Positions 57,332-64,000 of a stretch of 64,000 bases of DNA are shown here, piece by piece. Source of the DNA: a virus. Its lineage: Duplodnaviria; Caudoviricetes. The position numbers and the translations under genes were made by a program. The DNA lies in the IMG/VR virus record IMGVR_UViG_3300029305_004678, positions 95,800-159,799 of that record, one strand, 5' to 3'. Each line of letters begins with the position of its first letter. Position 1 is the stretch's first letter. The notes beneath the pieces were generated by a model. It had not been told where the DNA came from. It was given only the letters and a program-made list of their open reading frames with translations, and made no database searches.

Positions 57332-57363
57332 TAAGAAGGTAGAGTTTTATCTCTACCTTCTTA
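57332..57363. terminator. bidirectional terminator
   Basis: TAAGAAGGTAGAG-loop-CTCTACCTTCTTA. Confidence 0.8.
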
Positions 57364-57585
57364 TTCTTCTTCTTTATCATCAGGATATGGAATGGGAAGG
57401 CCTTTATACTTTGCAATAGCATTATAGATCTCTTTATACAGATCTCCTTCCGTATCGGCATATACATTTTCAATAGTAGACGTATCAAACTTACCAATCC
57501 ACATATTGCGATGATCATCATTAATGAGACGTACTATAAATTCATCAATAACTCTAGTCTTAATTAACAAAACCTGTCCCTCCAT
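57361..57585 (-). CDS. small hypothetical protein
   Basis: ORF with ATATACTATA early-like motif upstream. Confidence 0.6.
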   Translation of the reverse strand: MEGQVLLIKTRVIDEFIVRLINDDHRNMWIGKFDTSTIENVYADTEGDLYKEIYNAIAKYKGLPIPYPDDKEEE

Positions 57586-57696
57586 TCTTTTTATTTATTA
57601 TAAAGTTTTTAAATCTCCTCATTATCACATCTATAGTATATATTTAAAAATGTTAGATATAGCTATTTCAACATTTATTTAAAAGGAGATGATATA

Positions 57697-58461
57697 ATGC
57701 CACCTAATAAGATGAATGCGCTCCTTGATAAATTAGAGCGTAGATTAGGCACTAGACAATTAAATCTCCCTGATTATCTTACAAAAGATAATTGGGCTAA
57801 AGTTATTATAGAAGATACACTAGACACTTTCAGTAGATATTTCCCTAATTCTATGAAAGTACTTTTAGATCTTTCCCAAAGAAATGCTCAAGGATATTAT
57901 CTTATTGATGAACATCTTGCTGATAATATTGAAGTTATTGGAGTTAGGGATATAGATTGGTCTTTATTCTCTAAAGATAGTCTCCGACTTCAAGAGGCTC
58001 AGGGTTATGGAACTTATGATTTCATGACCAATCAATATGGACTCGATGATGTCATGCTCCTGCAGATGAGAGCTGACCATATGTCGCTATTTAATAACCA
58101 GATCTATGTGGAGTTTAAGCCACCCAATATGATAAAGCTTTCTACAGTTACTGGAGCTGATATAACTAGAGGTATGAATACTTTTCCTGTAGATCTTCTT
58201 ATTAAACATGCTCCCAATCTAATGACAATTCCTGCCACTATGATGGAAACCTTAGAGGCATTGGCAGAGGCCGATGTTGCTAGATTCCTTTACGAGGAAT
58301 TGAAGTATTATGATGGCCTGGAGACTGTTTATGCAAATATAGATCTTAAATTAGGAGATCTTGAGTCTAAAGCATCTACTAGAGGCGATATTCTTGCAGA
58401 GCTAAAAGATTCTTATGTATCTGCGGCCAATAGTAATCAACCATTGATGTTTACAGTATAA
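57697..58461 (+). CDS. putative neck/head-completion virion protein
   Basis: Late promoter 57670-57681; near terL; LERRLG, TLDTFSRYFP, LAEADVA. Confidence 0.55.
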   Translation: MPPNKMNALLDKLERRLGTRQLNLPDYLTKDNWAKVIIEDTLDTFSRYFPNSMKVLLDLSQRNAQGYYLIDEHLADNIEVIGVRDIDWSLFSKDSLRLQEAQGYGTYDFMTNQYGLDDVMLLQMRADHMSLFNNQIYVEFKPPNMIKLSTVTGADITRGMNTFPVDLLIKHAPNLMTIPATMMETLEALAEADVARFLYEELKYYDGLETVYANIDLKLGDLESKASTRGDILAELKDSYVSAANSNQPLMFTV

Positions 58462-58505
58462 AAGAAAATGAGGATAGGACGTTTGTCCTATCCTCTAAGT
58501 TTTCA

Positions 58506-58856
58506 TTAGATTGAATGCTTTGAATGGTAGTTCATAATAATATGACTAGCCTTGTTTACCTTGATTGCATAATGGTCATCACAAATAATACGAACACATT
58601 TTGAAGATCTATTTTCAGGAATAGAAGCAATAGGCTTTATGTATTTAGAAGTATCGTATCTATTATCGACTGTTAACTCTTGTAAACCATCTTCATAGTT
58701 TAAAGAATTGTAATTGCAGTCTAACAAAAGATGACGTAATTCATCATCTTCTATTATCATGTCTACAAATACCTCTCCTTTAAAAGTCACTTCTTCCATA
58801 TGAAAAATTTTATGCATTTCAAGAAAAGTTCTAAATCTACTCAATATAAACTCCAT
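58506..58856 (-). CDS. hypothetical protein (116 aa)
   Basis: GAGGAG RBS. Confidence 0.7.
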   Translation of the reverse strand: MEFILSRFRTFLEMHKIFHMEEVTFKGEVFVDMIIEDDELRHLLLDCNYNSLNYEDGLQELTVDNRYDTSKYIKPIASIPENRSSKCVRIICDDHYAIKVNKASHIIMNYHSKHSI

Positions 58857-58875
58857 ATCTCCTCTGCGCCTTTCT

Positions 58876-59538
58876 TTAGAAAACTATATTTAATATTCTA
58901 ACTAGATCTAATAGATCTGATATAGTAGAACTAGGCAATATCTTTAGATCTAAGTTATCATATTCCAGTTCATCAGGAGTAGGTTCTCTTTGAAACATGT
59001 GTTTTATGAGAATTGGCATATACTCCTTTATACCTTCGAGGCGTAATATAACAATATCCATACCATTTAATGGATTCATTAAATTAATTCCGATATCCTT
59101 CGTAACGTTAAAAGTCCAAGGTCTATTGGGATTATAATGAGCCAATGGCTTATTAGGATTCTTTGCTATATATTTACTCATAGCATATGGTGTTATAGAT
59201 GATGGTGTAAACATGACAAAACTTGCTTTTATTCCACAAAAGTTTAAATATTTGATAAGATAAGCAGAATACTTATCGTAGAAAATATCTTGAACTTGCG
59301 CGTAGTTTGCCATAGTAATTATATTTACACCATATAATCTTATAACCATCTGCTTTGTCATTTCTTTTAAAAAATCTTTATTTAAATGTTGAGCAGATAT
59401 AAGGTTTGGTTGGCCATCTTCATTTTCTCCATTATATAATGCTATATCTGCAGTATTTACCATTCGATTAGCCAAATAATCTATAGCTATATCCTCATCA
59501 TCTTCAGTAAACATGGGATGAATATATGTATAATCCAT
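58876..59538 (-). CDS. hypothetical protein (220 aa)
   Basis: AGGAGG RBS. Confidence 0.8.
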   Translation of the reverse strand: MDYTYIHPMFTEDDEDIAIDYLANRMVNTADIALYNGENEDGQPNLISAQHLNKDFLKEMTKQMVIRLYGVNIITMANYAQVQDIFYDKYSAYLIKYLNFCGIKASFVMFTPSSITPYAMSKYIAKNPNKPLAHYNPNRPWTFNVTKDIGINLMNPLNGMDIVILRLEGIKEYMPILIKHMFQREPTPDELEYDNLDLKILPSSTISDLLDLVRILNIVF

Positions 59539-59542
59539 TCTA

Positions 59543-60325
59543 TTATCCTCCTAATGCACTTATATTATTTTTTGAATTCTTTGGAGTGACAACTCTTCCG
59601 GTTATACCTTCAGCTCCACTCTTAGATTCTTTATTATAATTATAAGATTGTTGAGGTACATCCATTACGAATCTATTTGTACCAAGTTCTGGTCTTTCTA
59701 GATAATTTATCATAATGGTTGCAGCTTGATACATATTGAAGCATGAGAATACATAATATAATCCCATAAATCGATCTAAATCCATATCTACAAAAGATGA
59801 ATTATCGCCTATATACATTCTTATGCCAGGTTCTTTATCATCATTAGCTATACCTTTATCTATTATTGTAGGTACAAATGTTATAACCTTCTGCATAGGT
59901 AAATTTGATATAGTAAACTCTGGAATAGGATTAGTTATAATAAGTTTACCTTTATTTCTTGCAAAAAGGTATTTAAATTCTTCAGAAGTGAACCAAGAGG
60001 TTACGACATCTAAAGCGCGTTTAAATATCATATACTCTTGAGCTCCAATTCTTATAAATGCTTTATTTCCATTATCATCTTTCTGAATATTCTCTATAGA
60101 AAGATAATAATCAAAACTTCTTTTGATTGTAGCAACTGTAGGAATATCATTACACTTAGAAGGATATTCATATTCTTTATGAAAATGATATCTCTTTCCA
60201 TTCGCCACCTTGGAAAGAGATACATTAAATTTTAATACCACATTCGGACCTAATGCATAAACATCATCCGATATTTTATCTATCTTAAAGAACTCAATAG
60301 GTTCTTCTAGAACTCTTTTTGCCAT
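59543..60325 (-). CDS. hypothetical protein
   Basis: GAGGAG RBS before MAKRV; AACT-N6-TA at 60348-60359. Confidence 0.8.
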   Translation of the reverse strand: MAKRVLEEPIEFFKIDKISDDVYALGPNVVLKFNVSLSKVANGKRYHFHKEYEYPSKCNDIPTVATIKRSFDYYLSIENIQKDDNGNKAFIRIGAQEYMIFKRALDVVTSWFTSEEFKYLFARNKGKLIITNPIPEFTISNLPMQKVITFVPTIIDKGIANDDKEPGIRMYIGDNSSFVDMDLDRFMGLYYVFSCFNMYQAATIMINYLERPELGTNRFVMDVPQQSYNYNKESKSGAEGITGRVVTPKNSKNNISALGG

Positions 60326-60415
60326 GTCTATTCTCCTCAAAATAGGTTACTATAGAGTTGTAGAGTTTATACAAATCAAAAAAAAAAAGATGGGGAGGAG
60401 TCTCCCCATCTTTTA

Positions 60416-62242
60416 TTAATTCTCGCTAGTATTAGCGGCATTAGAAGAGGATGTTTCTGTAGTGGCTTCTGTCTCTACTTTATCCTCATTCTGTTTCTTA
60501 TTGGATTTCTTGCTTCCGCTCTTTGTCTTCTTTTCCTGCTTAGGAGTTTCGGCTTCCTGAGCGGTATCAGAAGAAGCTGTATCTGCAGGCGGATTATTGG
60601 GAGAGTGGACAAACACCTGGGCGCCGGTCTTAAAGGTGATCTCGGTAGGAATCGTATTTACGATAGGTCCGTTGAATGTCACAGGTACATTGACATTGGT
60701 CAGGACGAAGGTTCCACGATCCTTATCGTAAGAATCATCCTTGAACTCGAATCTGGAACCAGGTGCCATTGCAATAGCTTTGTCGAATACACCGGCAGTC
60801 AAAGCCTTTACCAGACGGTCCTGAACTGCCTTGCGGCGCTCACCGTTCATCAACTTGGTGGGCATAGTGCTCAGATCAACGATCTTATTGAGCTTGCGAT
60901 ACTGCTGGGTGTACATACCGCGACCATCAAGCATAGTGATACCTCCAACGAAGATCTTTTCGAACATTTCTTCATTGAAGTTATACTTATTCTTATTGAT
61001 CTTGTCATTGATCTGGATAGCGTATGCAGGCATATCTTCAAACCCATTCAGAACGATGCCTGTGAACAACTTGGGTCTACGATCGATGATATTTCCGGTA
61101 TCGATCGTAAAGCTCTTGAGTTCATTGAAGATATTCGTCCCATCATTGAATGCATAGCACAATACCATGCCAGTCTGAATCATGGGATTTGCAGCATAAC
61201 CCAGCATTTCCATCTTAAGCTGGATATGATGCTTCAATGCGATTCTCTGGATTTCTCCAAGATAGGGAAATGCTGCAATCAGCAAGCTGTTGTCGTACAA
61301 CTGTTCAGAAGGCTTATCCGGAATATGAGGTGTCTCCTTCTGAATGATATCAGGATGCTGATCACGAATAACCTTATTGTGCTTATTCGGATCAACGAAG
61401 GGTTGAGCGATATTTGTATTGCTTACCTCTACATGATCCGCTTCAGCTCTGGGAGGCTTGGGAGTAATGACCTTGGGAGGTGCATCCACTCGATGAATGG
61501 GGGGCTGCTGAGGTGTTGTCATAGGCTGATTAACAATGGGCTGCTGAATAGGGGGAACATTTATCTGAGGTGTTCCCGAGGGAACATTCATCTGATGTGT
61601 TCCCATAACGGGTTGCTGTACAAATGCAGAATTCTGCATCACAGGCTGCTGCCCAGGGAATACCTGAGGCTGATTGAACATATTGTTCTGATCACTCACA
61701 GATGTCTGCTTAAGAAGACTAGGTTCTACTTTTTCTTCAACAGTCATATCCATGTCAAAATGGATACCACCAATGTTGATACCCTCGACAGGGTTCTGGC
61801 CATTCTGCTGATTGGCAGAACAGATATCGCCTACAATGGGATCGTTATTGTTTTCCATTTTTTCTGCACCGGGTTCTTCTGCAGGTGCTTCCTTAGAAGC
61901 GGCGATAACTTCTTCGGATTCTTCGGCTACAGGATCCTCAGAAGTACTTGTAGCTTCAGTATTTTTCTTACCAAATACTTTGGAGAAAATATTCTTCTTT
62001 TCCTTCTTAGTATCGGTAGCGGGAGCTTCCTTGACACTAGTCTCGGTAGCGGTTGTTGTTGCAGCATTGTTATTATTAGAGACACTATTAGTCTCCTTGG
62101 CTTCGCAATTTGTACCGGCTGCACGGTTCACGCGATCTCTACGCATCTTATCGACATGTTTTTCAATGTCGAAAGTTCTGTCCATCCACCAATATCTCAC
62201 GGCATCGGTGAAACGGACTCCGTAGTACTTACTCTTTGCCAT
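60416..62242 (-). CDS. large protein with disordered T/E/A- and Q/P-rich regions
   Basis: AAGGAGG RBS before MAKSK; strong codon bias. Confidence 0.8.
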   Translation of the reverse strand: MAKSKYYGVRFTDAVRYWWMDRTFDIEKHVDKMRRDRVNRAAGTNCEAKETNSVSNNNNAATTTATETSVKEAPATDTKKEKKNIFSKVFGKKNTEATSTSEDPVAEESEEVIAASKEAPAEEPGAEKMENNNDPIVGDICSANQQNGQNPVEGINIGGIHFDMDMTVEEKVEPSLLKQTSVSDQNNMFNQPQVFPGQQPVMQNSAFVQQPVMGTHQMNVPSGTPQINVPPIQQPIVNQPMTTPQQPPIHRVDAPPKVITPKPPRAEADHVEVSNTNIAQPFVDPNKHNKVIRDQHPDIIQKETPHIPDKPSEQLYDNSLLIAAFPYLGEIQRIALKHHIQLKMEMLGYAANPMIQTGMVLCYAFNDGTNIFNELKSFTIDTGNIIDRRPKLFTGIVLNGFEDMPAYAIQINDKINKNKYNFNEEMFEKIFVGGITMLDGRGMYTQQYRKLNKIVDLSTMPTKLMNGERRKAVQDRLVKALTAGVFDKAIAMAPGSRFEFKDDSYDKDRGTFVLTNVNVPVTFNGPIVNTIPTEITFKTGAQVFVHSPNNPPADTASSDTAQEAETPKQEKKTKSGSKKSNKKQNEDKVETEATTETSSSNAANTSEN

Positions 62243-62338
62243 TTTTCTGGCCTCCTTAAATAAATGATATAGATGAGAAATATTTCTCATCTATTCATAA
62301 TTATATTATATCTTTAAACTTATTTTATTTAACGAAAA

Positions 62339-62370
62339 TACCCGTAGAGAGCATTATCTCTCTACGGGTA
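62339..62370. terminator. intrinsic terminator
   Basis: TACCCGTAGAGAG-loop-CTCTCTACGGGTA. Confidence 0.8.
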
Positions 62371-62374
62371 AATA

Positions 62375-63895
62375 TCAGTCCTTTATATCAAATTCTATTG
62401 GTTGCTCTAATTTAGATCTTTCAAATAGTATACTTTGATGTCTACTATCTAATTCACTATCAAGCATACGAACTTCAAGACATTCTGTAGCATACTTCTT
62501 AAATACAGGTTTCTTAAAATCATAATATGATTTTGTATAAAGAAATCCATTATCTACAATATCCTTATATATTGTATCAGCATCTCTAGTTCGTCCAAAC
62601 GTTTGTTGAGCTAGCACTCTGGATTTAAAAGGTTCTGCAAGATTTACAGTTTCTACAAGACCTTTTATATCCATAGCAGCTCCAGCAGATTTTGTAGTGC
62701 TTAGAATTATCTTTCTTTCTAGTTGTTCAGCTTTCTTTTCTGCTGGAATAATACTGGTATATATACCAACCTGATTAATCAGTTCTGGAAAATGCTCATA
62801 TATCCAATTTCTTACATATAAGATTGCATCATTAGTTCCTATATAGAATAAATGTTTTCCTGGTTTCTTAATAGCCATAGTAACCAGTATTGTGAGCAAT
62901 TTTTGGAAGTTCTCATTCCTCACAATGTAATCCGTATATGCTATTCTATTAAGTCCATAATTATTCTTACATCTAGATACTTCAATCGGAGTTGGATTTG
63001 AGTTAAATCTTATACCTACATATTTCGTGTGAGGATCTACATCTCTATTAAATAGATCTATAGATGGTACATTTTTGAAGTATAAATTGAATATTGCATT
63101 TTCTTTCATATCACTTCTACCAGGTGTAGCCGTAAGATAATATGTGACATTAGTATTGGTATAGCAATCTATCTGAAACATATTATCAAAATTTAAATGA
63201 GCTTCATCATAGAATTTGATACCAATTTGGCAATATCTAAAGAAATCTGTTATTTTATTCCATCCTTGGCTGTCTCCTATGCTTCTAATAGTAGAGTGAG
63301 TAGAAAGAATAACTTTATACTTAGTCATATCTCTATTATATAATTTCATAAGAGATGGAGCTCCAGATATCATATATATTTCTTCTTCTTTAATATCTGT
63401 ATACTCCATAAAGAACTTCTTCCACTGGTCTAGCCATCCTATACTATCAGTTATAACTATAGATCTAATTCTTAAGAATGCTGCTACAGCTATAGCACAA
63501 TATGTTTTACCTTTACCAGTATTTAGATTAACAGACATCATGGTAGCGTGCTCATTACGGAAATACTTATCCATACTAAGCATAAACTTTATAGCCTCTT
63601 TTTGATCTTCATCCCTTGGTTTATATCTAAGCATAACCTCTCCAATATCACCAATAGGATCTACTGTGCTATCTATTATAGGCTCTACTTGAAATACTCG
63701 TTCTAAAAAACCAATATTAATACCTCTTGGAAGCATTAATACTTTTCTTTCTTTATCATAAAGCATTCCTTTTGGAAATCTTTTATGATAAGTCATATCA
63801 TAAATAGAGAAGGTCTTCTCTACAATAGGACAATCTCCCATCATATAATCTGTAATTTCTATATGGGTACGATATATAATGATTTTTGTCATCAT
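62375..63895 (-). CDS. superfamily 2 DEAH helicase (UvsW-like)
   Basis: NTGKGKT, YDEAH, LTATP, GAAMDIKGL, QTFGRTR; AACT-N6-TG at 63905-63916. Confidence 0.9.
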   Translation of the reverse strand: MMTKIIIYRTHIEITDYMMGDCPIVEKTFSIYDMTYHKRFPKGMLYDKERKVLMLPRGINIGFLERVFQVEPIIDSTVDPIGDIGEVMLRYKPRDEDQKEAIKFMLSMDKYFRNEHATMMSVNLNTGKGKTYCAIAVAAFLRIRSIVITDSIGWLDQWKKFFMEYTDIKEEEIYMISGAPSLMKLYNRDMTKYKVILSTHSTIRSIGDSQGWNKITDFFRYCQIGIKFYDEAHLNFDNMFQIDCYTNTNVTYYLTATPGRSDMKENAIFNLYFKNVPSIDLFNRDVDPHTKYVGIRFNSNPTPIEVSRCKNNYGLNRIAYTDYIVRNENFQKLLTILVTMAIKKPGKHLFYIGTNDAILYVRNWIYEHFPELINQVGIYTSIIPAEKKAEQLERKIILSTTKSAGAAMDIKGLVETVNLAEPFKSRVLAQQTFGRTRDADTIYKDIVDNGFLYTKSYYDFKKPVFKKYATECLEVRMLDSELDSRHQSILFERSKLEQPIEFDIKD

Positions 63896-64000
63896 TTATC
63901 ACCTCAATTAATAGTTAAAGATCCTATATAAACCTAAAATGGGCCAATTAGACAAAAAAAAAAAGAAAAGCACCCGAAGATGCTTTTCTTTTCTGGTACC

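Noticed and set aside
60605-62263. 552-aa plus-strand ORF
   Set aside because: Antisense shadow of the codon-biased gene 60416..62242
6721-63965. Long A/T homopolymer runs
   Set aside because: They are intergenic, beside terminators or promoters, and do not break genes; no evidence for phase variation
1-64000. Stop-codon reassignment, tRNA genes, and phage nucleus shell or tubulin genes
   Set aside because: Code 11 gives dense intact ORFs. No tRNA cloverleaf, PhuZ or chimallin motif was recognised by eye; tRNAscan and HMM searches would be needed to exclude them.

Overview
This AT-rich window (code 11, strong AGGAGG ribosome-binding sites) looks like part of a jumbo bacteriophage of the AR9/PBS1/phiKZ-related type, probably infecting a Bacillota host. 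It encodes two subunits of phage multisubunit RNA polymerases. One is a beta-prime N-terminal subunit split into 5 exons by 4 group I introns; by hand it splices to a 501-aa ORF with ADFDGD. The other is a virion-type beta-prime C-terminal subunit. The window also carries a terminase large subunit with a fifth group I intron, a major capsid protein, prohead protease, GroEL-like chaperonin, ThyX, dTMP kinase, RNase H, an SF2 helicase, a DHH phosphoesterase fusion, a kinase-like protein, several GNATs and sigma4/alpha-CTD mosaic proteins. Two promoter classes can be read from the sequence: AAC(A/T)-N6-T(A/G) in about 25 copies (late type) and ATATTATA-like (early type). The most unusual observations are: (i) a standalone small RNA and three late-gene 3' UTRs carrying anti-Shine-Dalgarno sequences complementary to start regions of early phage genes; (ii) an adjacent structured ~240-nt late RNA; (iii) the mosaic intron cluster with a 25-nt micro-exon and a non-endonuclease cargo ORF; (iv) putative head-packaged proteins sharing an ES-x-x-IF tag, one with a caspase-like His/Cys dyad. 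Functional calls rest on motifs recognised by eye; no database searches were run.
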